Shown: in pieces, positions 37,410 to 51,578 of the stretch | Layout: each line of letters starts with the position of its first letter | How positions within the stretch are numbered: the stretch's first letter is position 1 | NCBI GenBank assembly: GCA_951406725.2 | Contig: OX597833.1 | Location: 24,552,001 to 24,616,000 of the forward strand | Length of the DNA stretch: 64,000 nucleotides | Direction: 5' to 3' | From: Octopus vulgaris | Lineage: Eukaryota | The notes under the pieces: model-generated | What the model was told of the DNA's origin: nothing | Database searches by the model: none | Seen by the model: the letters and a program-made list of their open reading frames with translations, nothing else | Translations under genes and position numbers: made by a program

Positions 37410-37927
37410 AACCCAGTAAAACCTGTTGCATGGTCGGGTCGTCGGCGACTAAACCGGCAACCCCACCAAGATTGCTTGGTGAGGAGGGTGTTTATTGGAC
37501 ACTCTGCGGGATGAAAAACAAAACCCGTCAAAGGGCGGAGGAACTCTTTAGAGTCAACGGCTATCCAATAAATGTCTTAAGGCTGTATCATGCGCGGGGA
37601 CATAGAAATAATCGGATTGATACCCGATAGCACGGTTAAACCATTGGGAGTGAAGGACTCCTAGCCTTTGTTAGGGCATCCTTCTAGGAGAAGGTAACTC
37701 AGGTAACTGGGATGACTCCGACATAAAACCTGCGGCTCAGTGGTTACCGATGATGTTGACTTGTTCTTCTTTTCGAATTATGGCTGCTGTTGCTTAGTGA
37801 GTGGGATTGACTCAGTGCACAGCCTTTCCTCACTTTAAACAACATATTCTTGCACAGGCATTGCACGATAACAACATTGATTAAGCTTCGTGCAATGGCC
37901 ATACTCGATAACGAGGGGCAGCCACCA
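37410..37927 (+). mobile_element. Non-coding element resembling an RTE-clade 5'UTR derivative, flanked by (TATG)n
   Basis: GC-richer island containing GGGCATCC.TCTAGGAGAAGGTAACTC, which I recall as resembling RTE 5'UTRs; not verified. Confidence 0.45.
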
Positions 37928-38723
37928 TGTATGTATGTATGTATGTATGTATGTATGTATGTATGTATGTATGTATGTATATATGTATGTTCTATTTCTC
38001 TTTTTAATTTTAGAGTAAATTTTAATCAGCCACCTACAAAGACGTGAAGGAAAGTAGCTTGTTTTAACCATCATCCGTTAAATCTTAAGAAAGTCTTGCA
38101 GATTTTTATATTCCTAGATAATGTGATCGTTTATGTATGTATGTATGTATGTATGTATGTATGTATGTATGTATGTATGTATGTATGTATGTATGCATGT
38201 ATATATGTATGTATGTATGTATGTGTATATGCTATATAATATATGTATAATGTAATATATTATATCATATGCATGTGTATTCGTGTCTATGTGCACATAT
38301 GCGCCATAAAATCGCAAAAAAGTATGAAAGACTTCGAGTTTAATTGAATTCTGGTTCTTCTAAAATATATACATTTTTCTTCTTTTCTTTTATTTCCCTA
38401 AATTTGAAATTGCAAGTAATCTCAGGTTTTAACAAAACAAGGATTGTAGACAATGATTTTAGCAAAACGAATTCCGATACCTACTTTTGGAATCTGCTCT
38501 TGTTTATATAAATCCTTTTGACTTTCATGAGATTTTGTTTTCTTCTAACAAAAAGTGTTTTCAGAAATATAATTTTTTTAAAATTATTTTTCTACGTCTT
38601 AATGAAGACAAAAACTAATAAATTTTCTTTCCCTTCTCCGATGATAGCTAAAAAGCACGTGCTCGTGTGTTTTATGTCAGTGAGAAATGTCTTAAATATA
38701 TCTAAATTTCTCTCTCCCTCTTT

Positions 38724-38792
<69 letters not shown>

Positions 38793-38804
38793 CATAGATA
38801 CATA

Positions 38805-38842
<38 letters not shown>

Positions 38843-39698
38843 CGCATATACACCCACATACAAGTATATATGTATGTACAAACATTATGTATGTATATCT
38901 GACTCTCCCTTTCCATATACATACATACATACATACATATATATATATATATGATGTATGTATACGTACAAACACACGTATACTAACACATACACACGCA
39001 TACACACGCATAAATGTATGGATAATATGATTTAGAGAGCTTTCACATGACAAATACGACCAAGCAAATAAATAAGTTTGAAGCCTTAGATAAAGTTACA
39101 CTTAACAAATGTCTTGGGCAATAATAAAAATAACGAACGTCATCACTACCACTACCACCATCACTATCACAATGATAATAACAAGGCTACAGATTTTAGG
39201 GAGGCGGGAATTTAGATGATTTCATCAATCCTAGTACTTGAGTGGTTCTTTATTTTAGCGACTGCAAAAGGATTGGAAAGGAGGCCGAACTCGGCAGAAT
39301 TTGAACTCAGAACGTGAAGAGCCAGAAAGAATGTTGCTAAAGATTTTGTCCGTCTGTACGTTCTCCGTTCAAATTCCGGCACAGTCGACTTTGCTTTTCA
39401 TCCTTTCCGGTATCTATAAAATAAGTACCAAAACAAGCATTGTGGTCGATGTAATCGACTTACTCCATCCACCGGAATTGCTAATTTTCTGCGAAAATTT
39501 GAAACCATTATTATTATTCAAATTCTGCCGCGCTCGAATTTGCCTTTCATCCTTTCGCGGTCGATAAAATAAGTACTAGTCAAGCACTTGGTCGATGTAA
39601 TTAACTTTTCCCCCTCCCTTAAAATTCCAGATGCTTTGCCTATGATAGAAAGGGTTATTATTATTATTATTATTTTTTTAAAAAATTATTATTATTAT

Positions 39699-40240
39699 TG
39701 AGTGACGGAGCAGTACAAGTGACACTGGGGTTAAATAGCCCAGTATACCCATCATGACTACCCGTCTGATAGGGGTACACCAGGCACATGCATCACAGCC
39801 ATATGTGCGCGACATGGTGATCTCATATCAAGGTAAACAGTACATGACCTTGCAGGTGGGGCCCAGTTAGAATTTTCTTCTGGCCGAGTAATCCATCCCG
39901 CTCAAAAGGTCCCTGAATAAGGGTTGTTTGAGGATGTTGAACGAAACACCCACGTTTCCAGAGGTGAATTATTCAAACCCTAAAAATCCTTCTCAATACA
40001 TGGCTATGATGCTCCCCCACTACTTCTGCTCGTGATCAGAGATGCACATATCGTCAGCCACCAAGGGACATGCTCAACTGGTTAAGGTCAAACAACTGAT
40101 AAGCAAACTGTGGTATTGAGCAGAATATTTGCTGTAGCCCATCTTTTATACCAAGACAAAACAATGTACATGATAACACTTCCAATCAGTTAAAATTAGA
40201 TGACCACGAAAACCACTGCCTGGTACTGCATCAGGGCATT
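39699..40240 (-). mobile_element. Second copy of the ~550-bp (TAA)n-embedded element
   Basis: Reverse complement of 34527-35082; (TTA)n on both flanks. Confidence 0.8.
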
Positions 40241-40256
40241 ATTTCATTATTATTAC

Positions 40257-40299
<43 letters not shown>

Positions 40300-40306
40300 G
40301 TTGTTG

Positions 40307-40371
<65 letters not shown>

Positions 40372-40429
40372 GTTGTTGTTGTTGCTGTTGTTGTTGTTGT
40401 TATTATCATCATCATCATCATCATCATCA

Positions 40430-40467
<38 letters not shown>

Positions 40468-40801
40468 TTATTATTAATTCGCTGTTATTACATAACTTTA
40501 AAATTTGTCGTACGAACTGTCAATATCACATACGTATACACTGACGCGCGTAAAAATAGAGAAGATATTCACATACGTCCACGTGTATGCACACACAGGG
40601 TCACATACTCATGAATACACATATATGCACGCTCACACAAACTAATTTTCAGGCAGCTGTTGATGTTGTTCAATCACATATCATTACGTTAGACATCCAA
40701 GTTTACTAATTTTATCGCAAATCAACAGTTTCACCTTCTCCTATGTTTTCCTACGTGTGTGCATGTGTTTCTGTATGCATATGCGTATATTTGTACTCAC
40801 A

Positions 40802-40887
<86 letters not shown>

Positions 40888-41223
40888 CACACATATACAC
40901 ATCTGCATGCATATGTGTATTTAGACTTACTTTTCAATTTATCCATTTTTTTTCTTTAACCGTTCACACATGGGCCAATACGATGCCAAGCAGGATAAAT
41001 GAGTTAGCGCTTTCACTGCGTATCCCAAGACAAAACACAAAAGAACGATAGAAGCCTCAACCCAAAATAATTAGAAGAAAAAAATTCGACTAAAAAATAT
41101 CTAAACACGTAAGGGTATCGTAAGAATCTCCCCACCAAAATTCTAGTGTCAAGAACTGTCAAATACACGCACACACACATGCATCCATCCATCCATCCAT
41201 ACATACATGCATACATACATACA

Positions 41224-41257
<34 letters not shown>

Positions 41258-41270
41258 CATACATACATAT

Positions 41271-41317
<47 letters not shown>

Positions 41318-41832
41318 AGTCCTTATAACAACATTGTGATGGAGTGTGTGGTATTTGTCTATATAATATCAATTTTTATTTTGATGACTTTTGCTACATT
41401 TATTGATTGATAGTATTTTTATTCACACGCTCCATAGTGCATTGGCTTGGCAGATTCTTGTATAAAATTGAGGTACTAAGTTCATTTATTTTTCAGTCGC
41501 CAGTGCAAATATCGCTGGAGCTAAACTTTCTCTTTGTAATATTTCAAGTTTCGTTCAAATAAAATGCGAATTTTGTTAAGCGATTACACTCTGCTCTTCT
41601 TGGAATATTTATTATTATGAACTAATAGAACAGCTACCGAGACAGACAATATGCTTAGCAGTATTTCATTCAGTTATTTATATTCCGAGTTCAAATGCTT
41701 CCAAAGTCGACTTTGTCACTCATACTTTCGGAGTCGATAAAATAATAAGCAGTCAAGCACTGGGATGGAGTAATCGATAATTGTTGACTTAGTATCAATA
41801 ATTAAAACTATTATAATGATAATAACAATATC

Positions 41833-41890
<58 letters not shown>

Positions 41891-43983
41891 GTATTTGATC
41901 CTCGTGGTGTGAAGACGTTGTCTTTACATCTCTCTTCGAAACATTAACTATTGAAATATTACAAAAGAAAATTTTCGATGGAGTACTTGTATATAAGAAC
42001 AATAATTTCAAAGGGAAGCGCTTCTCGCAGTACCTGGGAGCAGGAAACAGATAAATGAGGAGTGTTTCCCAGAGTTTTAGAATTATATTTGCATACATTA
42101 CATCTTCACAAGAAAAATAGTTACCACACACAAACATGGTAACATGAATAAACATACCATGGAGAAAAAAAAGAAGGAAAGAGAAAGAAAATCATAAAAA
42201 CTCAGCACGCGGTGAAATGTATAAACGGAATAAGGAAATGAACATTTTAGAGAACAATTAATAGAAAAATGCCTCAAATACAGAAATAAGTAATGATGAA
42301 GACAGCGATAATAGTTCTAGCGGCTCTTACACGCAGCCAATTACTGCGGTTCATTTATACAGCAGCTGTGTGAAGGCAAGCGTTCCTTTAATACAAAGTG
42401 AACATATGTAAGGTTTAGATCAATCACAGCTGCAAGAAAAAATGTAGATCGGAGAATTTCGTAAAATGGAACAGCATTTCTTTGGCATAGATGAGGGCGA
42501 AGAGAAAAATTATAAATCTCTATTTAGAAAAAAATAGACGCGGTTTAAAACTTCCCTTACGTCAAAATGTTCACCAGGACATAGCTCTCAAATGAAATAG
42601 CAAAAGCTATGCTACTATCCGCTGTACCTTTAATTCAAAGGCTTTAAAAGTGGAGGTGCAACCAGAGTTATATCTGGCCTGAAATTGCCAGACGTATCTC
42701 TGAATATGCATTTCTGGTGCAGAACATGTGTCAAAGAAACGCAAGTTTGACAATGTGTGACACCTGAAACAACGTAGATCCATAGTTCCATAGCAATATA
42801 CGTAGCGCAAATCCATAGCAATATATGTAGATCCATAGATCCATAGCAATAGATCCAGCATAGATCCATGGCAATATATGTAGCACAGTATAAGAGAGTA
42901 AGTCAGAGCAAGGCAATCAAAATGTGAACCATGCTCAGGTGGAGCCAAAATGGATTTACAAGTCACTCAAAAATCCGTAAAACTACGGAGCCATAGCAGG
43001 ACTGTATCTAGAAGAAGGCGTCAGAACTAATTAATGATACAGAGTAGAAAGCCGAATTGCTACACCTGTCGAATTAAAACACATCCTTGAGCTAAATGCT
43101 CTGAAGAACTGGAGAGAGGAAAGGATTAAGTTGAGTAAGACTCAAACGAATATAATGCAAATCAGCAACAACATCAAAATGGACAATACACCCCTGTTTC
43201 TATAGCACCATCAGCCAAAATCTCTGGGAATTTCATGTGAAATATCTTAAGGCCTAATATCAGAAATTGACAAGCAAAAGCTGGTTCGTTAACACTTAGA
43301 CATATGCATATGTGTTGCAACGAACGATCTGAAAAATTTATGAGGCAAAAACGGTTTGGCTCTAAACATAAACATGATCCAACAGAGAAACCATCGGTAA
43401 AATTAAAAGTAAGACACTAAAGGAAACTTTAAAATGAATACTCTTAAGTTGTTAGTATTTTTAACCGCCAAATATTAAAAAAATGTTCATGGACGCATTT
43501 TACTGCATTTGAATACAATTTGACAAATGATTAAGCGAAGAAGGTCATGGAGTGCTCAAGTTTAACCTAATCGTTGATGTTTATTTCCTTTAATCATATC
43601 TACTTTTATTCTTTGATTGAGCGATAAATGTTTGTGTGTGGATATATATATTTGCGTGTGTGTGTGTGCATATATATATACGTATACACGTATGTCTATA
43701 AGTAGGTATATGTATATAAGCGTTGCATGCAAACACACACCCACGCACACACACACACAGGCACAGACACATATATATGGATGTATGTGTATTATGTATG
43801 TATATGTTTGTATGTGTATGTGTGTGCATGTGTGAATCTTTAAATTTCTCTCACACTGCCCATTCGTATTTGTAAATTTGTAATCCTGCCATCTTTGAAA
43901 CATTATCTCTTCTTTCGTTTCTTCTTAAAACAAATGAGTGCTTCATACTATTTTGCTTGTTCAAGTATATGCGAATAGTAAAG

Positions 43984-44015
<32 letters not shown>

Positions 44016-44029
44016 CATTATTATTATAA

Positions 44030-44250
44030 AGGCAGTGAGCTGGTAGAATCGGTAGCACACCGGGCAAAATTCATAGTGGCATTTCGTCTATCTGCACGTT
44101 CTGGGTTCAAATACCACCACGGTTGGCTTTGTCTTTCATCCTTTCAGGGGTCAATAAATTAAGTACTAGGTGAAACCTGGAGTCGATTTAATCGACTAGC
44201 ACCCTCCCCTAAAATTCCTAGCCTTGTCCCAAAATTTGAAGCCATTATTG
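44030..44250 (+). mobile_element. SINE family B copy following (TTA)n
   Basis: AAGGCAGTGAGCTGGTAGAATCG..GGGTTCAAAT..CTTTCATCCTTTC..AAAATTTGAAGCCATT. Confidence 0.85.
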
Positions 44251-44299
44251 TTATTCACTGCAGAGTACATTGAACGTGTCTTCAAACGCTCTAGGTGGG

Positions 44300-46303
44300 T
44301 TCAGTTTAAAACATTTGTGTACACCAGTTTGGTGCCTTTTTCATTATTCATATCATTGCAAGTTGTTACTAGAAACATCAAAAACCTGTCCCTGATTTTC
44401 TGTGTTTGCTTGGTCCCTCGAGGGCCTATATTCGGCCCACCAAATAAGTTCGGTGGGCGTTTAATCGATTTAATCAAATACAACTCAACAAGATGGCGGA
44501 GTGCGTCTTGAAAGAATTGAGAAAAAAACTGCCCCTCCCGTAGGTCTGGTGACCTTCCCTCCGTTACTTGCAACAATACAGGAGAGGAGGAGGAGACAAG
44601 GGGAGATGAAAAAGTAAAAAAGTCCACCTCATAGTAACAGCAGTGGTAGCTCGACCTTCCGGGACCCGAACGGTAAGTTGGTGGTCCTGGACGTGAGCAT
44701 CAGCGAAGGTGGGGCCTTTAGATTGGTGGCCGTCTACTGGGGCCGTCTACTGGGGCCAAACGGCCGGATTTCTTTAGGCGTCTGGAAACGTCTTACTCTT
44801 TACTGTTAGTGGGGGACTGGAAGGTATCTTAGGCGCACGCTCGGATTGTGTGAGTGTCATGGATAGAAGCGGGGCGGGTGAAAAACCTCAAGCACTTGAC
44901 GAGCCAGTTTCAAATGTCAGACAGGTACCGACATGATTTCCCTAATGCACCTGTGTGGACCTGGACCAACCGCATAGGATCATCTAGATCGTATCTGGAA
45001 AGGATTTTCACTAGGAAATAGATAGTAATAGTGTAGGCTGTGTACTTTATAAAACGATCACCTATTCAGATCACGCGTTTGTAATCTGTACGGTTGGCCT
45101 AGATAAGACGCGTAGTTAGGACCCGGTTACTGGAAGCTGAACATGTCGTTTCCAACACGTAAGACTTACAGGAACCGGGTCAACAATTTAATTAAGCAAA
45201 AGCTGACAGGTGGGGGGCGTCAACAACAGGTGGTTGGAGGGAACTCAAAAGAGAAGTTAGAATAATTTCAATAGGGTTTGTCAAACGGGTTTTCCGCAGC
45301 TCGTCTCCTTGACTGATCTGCAGTCCTAGATCAAGAAGAGACCCAGTTAGGGTGACTGGCCTTTGGAATGTTGCTAGGCACTCACTGACTTTTACCGTTC
45401 AACGATGTGGTCGGCGGAATATACAGTCTCGAGTTCTATAGAGGGTTAGTAGTGGGAAGGTGCAATGATACACTCGGAGAGACTCTGGCCTTCGACGAAG
45501 TGGAACTGACCAGTCTGTTCTGGAGGACTTTCGAGCCGGGGAGGATGGACAACTTCCAGAAATCCTTCGCTTGGCAGTGCTACGGGAAGATGCACGAAAG
45601 ACGCTGTCTGATGAACCTGCCTGAGATGAGCGCAGAGCGACGAAACCGTCCTGCATGCATTCGTCTAGTGTCCGTGCATTACTGACTGGTGGAGTTATGT
45701 CGAGCAACTGTTGTCGCATGTAGCACGGATCCGGTTATCGACCGAGTCCATAGTGATGATCGAGATGCCGCCGCCTTCCTTTGGCCAGGAAGGGCAGGCA
45801 ATTTTCCTATCTGGTGGCAGTAGCGAAAGAAGTAGTATAGTGGACCAGGTTAAAAGGACTGAAGGCAGATACTTTTCTCTTCGGCCAATCCCTCATGAAC
45901 TTATTCAAATTTCACTTGGAAAGGAAGATGAGGGTGGAGAGAGAAGTGATGCCCTCCCACTTCAGTACATTTGCTGAAAGGTCCATGAATGTAGTGAAAA
46001 ATGGCCTGTGTGAGTGAACCTACTCTAATAATGCACCTGCAAGCTGGTGAATTTGAGGAGAAGAGGGCTACCCTTCTCGAGTACCTTCGAAACGACAGGT
46101 GGTTCAGGATTAGTGGGTTAACTGAGTCAACACTGGGTGGTTATACCCACTATTGCGAAATTTTCGTTGTTATATTCTTCTTGTTCGATGTTTATCGTTA
46201 TTGTTTTCCTAATTGTTTACTCGTTGTTTTGTGTAAAATCCCCACTGTCCCCGTCTACTGTATTGTCCACTATATGTCGGCCCTGGAGGCCAAAAAATGA
46301 AAT
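44300..46303 (+). mobile_element. Internally deleted, decayed Tx1-like LINE
   Basis: Putative ORF1 start MAECVLKEL (~44493); APE pieces (DFFRRLE, PVWTW, SYLERI, SDH, PGYWKLN); LGETLAFDEVELTSLFWRTF..DNFQKSFAWQC; 3' stem-loop followed by (TTG/TTA)n. Confidence 0.8.
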
Positions 46304-46314
46304 GATTGTTGTTG

Positions 46315-46405
<91 letters not shown>

Positions 46406-46408
<3 letters not shown>

Positions 46409-47130
46409 GGCGGTGAGCTGGGAGAATCGTTAGCACGCTGGACGCAGTGCTTAGCAGTATTTCGCCAGTCATTACGTTCCGAGTTCAAATTCCGCCGAGG
46501 TCGACTTTGCCTTTCATCCTTTTGGTGTCGATAAAACAAGTACAAGTTGAACACTGGGGTCGATGTTATCGACTCATCCCCACCTCACCCAAGCTGCTCT
46601 TTTAGCATAAATTTAAAATAGTAATAAAGATAATAATAATTAGGGAAATGAGCTGACAGAATCGTTAGCACGCCCTGGATTAAATGTTTAGCAATATTTC
46701 GTCCGTCTTTATGTTCTGAGTTCAAATTCCACCGAGGTCGACTTTGCCTTTCATCCTTTCGGAGTCGATAAAATAAGTACCATCAGAGCATTGGGGTCGA
46801 TGTAATCGACTGGCATTCTCTTCCAAATTTCCTGGCTCTGTGCCAAAATTTGAAGCCATTATTATTATTGGTGATGTATGTAAATAAATTATGTATTCGT
46901 CAAATACTGGGGTTGCTGTAATCAACTCACCCCCATTCTCCTGAAATGACTGGCCATGTGTAAGAATTTGAAAGAATTTCAATGAAGTGAGCTGGCAGAA
47001 TCGATGCCGAGGTCAACTTTGCTTTTCATTTTTTCGAGGTCGAGAAGTTAAGTACCAGGGAAGTACTGGGATCAATATAATCACCACGCCCTATCCTTTC
47101 AAAATTTCTGACGTTATACCAAATTAAGAA
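46406..47130 (+). mobile_element. Tandem array of ~3-4 SINE family B copies
   Basis: Heads at ~46408, ~46645 and ~46985, each with GAGCTG(G/A).AGAATCG and GCCTTTCATCCTTT-like cores, separated by short AAT/ATT runs. Confidence 0.88.
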
Positions 47131-47999
47131 AATGATTACAATCAATATTTAAGTCTATTTGACTAACCGTAATTATTTTCTCAAGTTTGAATTATTGCCC
47201 ATTTTCTATTGCATATTCTATTATTTAATTTTTATTTTCATTAAATTTAATCCGATCATTTCATAATCTCCTTACATTATATCGTTGTGTTTAGCCTCTC
47301 ATTTCTTTTCTCCCTTGCTTCTGTAACGTTTATTGTATTGTAGGAGCTCAGGAGACAAATTATAAGAAAAATATTGCATTGGACAAAATTATATTTCGTT
47401 TTGAGTTCAAATCCTGCTGAGTACAATGCTGCTTTTTATCTTTCCAGGATCAATGAAACAACGTAGTAGTATAAATGTTTAGCTTCGTAATTCGGATAGA
47501 AATTCTTTTTCGCTATAAGCTAAACGATTTCGTGAACAAACACTTGCGCGCGCGCGTGTGTCTGTGGTTAGTCTGAGGACAAGAACAGGGCAGGCAAGGA
47601 CAGCGCAAAAGAAAAAAATATGTGAAGAAAGTATTGGTAAAGTGGTTACAGTGGAATCTGAGGAAAAGGGCGAGATAAATTATGGCTGATGAGAGGAGAA
47701 GAGACGGATGTGTTGGATGGAATTATGTGGAGGTGATATCCAACTAGCTAGCATAGACAAGGAGGGCCCATTTAGTAAGAAAAAGATATGTAAAAAGGGG
47801 AGGTGACTGTGCGTCTGTGGGCCAGATGTTATAGTGTATTGTTGAGTGATTCTTTACTAATCAGCTGAATGTGGTCTAAGAAGTGTGCGTATGGGTTTGT
47901 GTGAGTGTGCGTGTGTGTTTCATATGTGCATGCGTGTGAGTGTGTGTGTGTATGTCTGTGTGTCTATATATGCGTATGTGTATGTACGTTGATCAAATG

Positions 48000-49400
48000 A
48001 TAGATCACCACATAGTCTTATGGGGTAATTTGAAATGTAGGGTCTGTCTTTTTTCCCCTGATAAAAATGCAATTTCAGTTCCGCTGGGTAAGTGAAGGAA
48101 GTGATTACGCCTAAGTCTTCAGCGTTTCTTTTGCAGAAAAATGTGGGATCGATTTGACTAGCTTCTAGTCTCTTTTTTCGTTGTCATCATACCGCTCTTC
48201 TGTTTTCGGAGATATTAGTATGTTACAAGTGATTTAATTTCTTGGGAGAGACATGCACCGCCCTGACCTTTTAATTTTTCAGAGCCACCGTGATGACTAG
48301 AAGATGGAAATAGCTGGGATGTGACCGCGGGCAGAGTGACTGATCTCATTCAGAAATAGGCAGAATGGTCATGTAGAAGTAACTAACGATTACTCTGGTG
48401 CGGTACCATCGACTAACTGTTGTGTTTTTGTCCCCAGGAAACATCTGATCAGATTGAAACAGATGCTTTTTTGCTTCTTATAGAAGGGAATATTTTGTAC
48501 TACCAACACCACTTACAAGGCGGTGACGAGATGACGCAGTGAATGGGGCGCAGGCACGCACTGTTACTAACAAATAATATTGGATATTATGATCGCCATT
48601 CTGATGCTCTTCTCTTTGACGAAGCTGCAACCTCGAGTCAAACACAGATTGTTGCTTATAATCTCACTGCAGTCTACCAGCTGGACTTAAATAGTCGTTA
48701 GAAATCCAAACCTGGCATACAATAAAGGAATAATGGAGGATGTGAACATTGATCAGTAAGCAACTCTATGCGCCGACGAAGATAGTATGAATAATCGTTT
48801 CTTAAGGAACTTTAAGATGAAGATTATAGACGCCCCCTCTCTCCAAAACTGTCGTTTGTGCCGAATAAAATGATCATATTGGAGCCACTAGTTACTATTC
48901 CAACTGAGACACCACAGGATGACGGAACTGACTGACATTCGTGTAGTGACCGTTTATTTCTAGTTTCTAGGTATATGTTGAACAGCTATTATATTGAGTA
49001 GAATGAACTCCTTGCAGCCAAGTCTGTCATCAAGATCGAGCCACCGTTTTCCTTTGACAACAAATACCGGCCAGTCTTCTCCTCCTTGTTAGCTATGGCA
49101 TGAAAAGTTGAGGAGGGTAGGCAAATGAAATGCGTGAAGATAGCTTTTTTTCTTTTCTCAGGCCAAGCCTTCATCAACGTTTTCAAGTACCACTTGAAGA
49201 GGAAGTCGGGTGTAGAGAAGGACGCGTTACATTCCAATAAATTTTATATGTGGAAGAGACTGGCGAAATTGTCATGGCTAACTAGAGGTTAGAACAGGGA
49301 GAAGAGGTACATCCCTTTGGTGTGTAAGTGTCTCCGAATAAATCTCAGTGGCCGCTTTCTCATTTCTTGTTGTTCTATTGTTTATTGTTCTACGTCTCTA
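48000..49400 (+). mobile_element. Highly decayed Tx1-like ORF2 relic
   Basis: INVFKYHLKRKSGVEKDAL (~49175) matches the ORF2 C-terminus LINFFSYHLSSKIRLEKRCL; upstream boundary uncertain. Confidence 0.45.
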
Positions 49401-49572
49401 ACGCTGTTTATAAATGTCTTCTGTAATGTGCTGATCTCACCTCTTTCCTTCGCATAAACATCTCCAAGTTCATTGTTTGTTGTTTCCTTTTGTGCTTCAC
49501 TTTTCTGTATTCTTCCCAACATCTCGCCCCATGTAGTAAATAAGAGAAATCCTTAGACCCCAATATTATTTT

Positions 49573-49620
<48 letters not shown>

Positions 49621-49880
49621 AACTACTACTACTAGCTGCTCCTCGACTTCTCCGCCAACTCTTATACGACACAGACCACCCCGACTAACCACCACGTCCA
49701 ACTTCCAGCAACCAAGAAACAGGAGCAAACTGATGACAAACGAATGACATGTAATGATAAATCAAAGTTTTTATTGAGTGTTATCTCAGTGAGAAAAGAG
49801 AAAGAGGATGAGAAAGAAAGTGAGAGAAAGAGAGAAAAAGATGGAGAGAAAGAATAAGAGAGAAAGAAAAAATGGGGAGG

Positions 49881-49961
<81 letters not shown>

Positions 49962-50261
49962 AGTATATGAAACTTGAGGTTAGCTGACGTTTGTGGCTTC
50001 TGAAATATGTCCTGTTGTTTAGTTTGACATAAAGAATAAACATTAGACATGTTGTAGAGATGAAAGGAGATAGATAGGCAGACGAATGGATATATAGATA
50101 GGTAGCGGGAGGGAGGGAGAGACAGAGAAAAAGGATGATTGTTGTTGTGGATCTCATGAAGATTTGCCTTTCTTTCACACTATTAAGTATATATACATAC
50201 ACATACGCACATATATAAGTATACACACATAGAGATGAACGTATGTGCGTGTATATATGCT

Positions 50262-50292
<31 letters not shown>

Positions 50293-50469
50293 CCGCGTGT
50301 GAGCGTGTTTGTGTGTATCTGCACGTACATTCACACATATATGTATATACGCATATATGACTATACCTGGATACATATATGTCTATATGTACAGACGTAT
50401 ATATGTATATATATATAATGTTTGTGTGTGTATCTATATAACATATGCGCATGTGTGTTCTTATATATT

Positions 50470-50860
50470 CGTTTATTTATTTCAGTCACTTAATTGCAGC
50501 CATGCTGGAGCACTGCCTTTAGTCGAGCACGTCGCACCCAGATGTTATTCTTTGTAAGCCTAGTACTTATTCAATCGGTCTCTTTTGCCGAACCGCTAGA
50601 CTACGGGGACGTAACACACGCACACATGCATATATATATATATATATATATATATACGACGGACTTCTTTCAGCTTCCGTCTATCAAATCCTCTCACAAG
50701 GCTTTGGTCGGCTCGAGGCTATAGTAGAAGGCACTTGTCCAAGATTCCACGCAGTGGAACTGAGCCCGGAACCATGTGGTTGGGAAAGAAGCTACTTTCC
50801 ACACAGCCACTCCTGCACCTCACAGCCGCTCCTGCGCCAGAACAGCCACTCCTACGCCTA
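50470..50860 (-). mobile_element. SINE family A with triplicated 5' end
   Basis: Body matches the 18.2-kb copy; ACAGCC(A/G)CTCCT(G/A)C(A/G)CC occurs three times at 50802-50859. Confidence 0.88.
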
Positions 50861-51099
50861 CACACACACATACACCCTCACATACATATATATACACATA
50901 CATATATAAATAATACATACATACATATATACATACATACATGCATACATACATATGTATGTGTGTGTGTGTTTATGTTATAATAAAAACAATCTTACAT
51001 TAAATCGAGGGATTACTCAACACATTTGGTTGAGTACAAGTATATTATTCTGATCGCTGACCGAAACTTCGAAGTCACTGTCGGAACTGTCGATTTCTT

Positions 51100-51490
51100 T
51101 ATTCTTTTACTTGTTTCAGTCAGGTAACTGCAGCCATACTGGAGCAGGGACTTTAGTCGAACAAATAGACACCAGAGCCTATTCTTTGTAAGCTTAGTAC
51201 CTATTGTATCAGTCTGTTTTACCGAACCGCTAAATTACGGGGATGTAAACACACCAACAGCAGTTGTCAAGCGATAGTGGGGGGACAAACGCAGATACAC
51301 AAATACATACAAATATATATATATGTATGTATGTGTACGATAGGCTTCTTTCAGTTTCCGTCTACCAAATCCACTCACATGACTTTGGCCAGCCCAAGGC
51401 TATAGTAGAGACACTTGCCCAAGGTGCCACGCTGTGGGACTGAACCCGGAACAATGTGCTTGGAAAGCAAGCTTCTTACCACAAAGCCAA
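51100..51490 (-). mobile_element. SINE family A
   Basis: Colinear with 18196-18583. Confidence 0.88.
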
Positions 51491-51534
51491 TGTTTATATC
51501 TATCTATCTATACATACATACTTACATACAAACA

Positions 51535-51578
<44 letters not shown>

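Noticed and set aside
41886-42155. Minus-strand acceptor-like CTGTTTCCTGCTCCCAG (~42033)
   Set aside because: No matching donor or recognisable peptide; insufficient support
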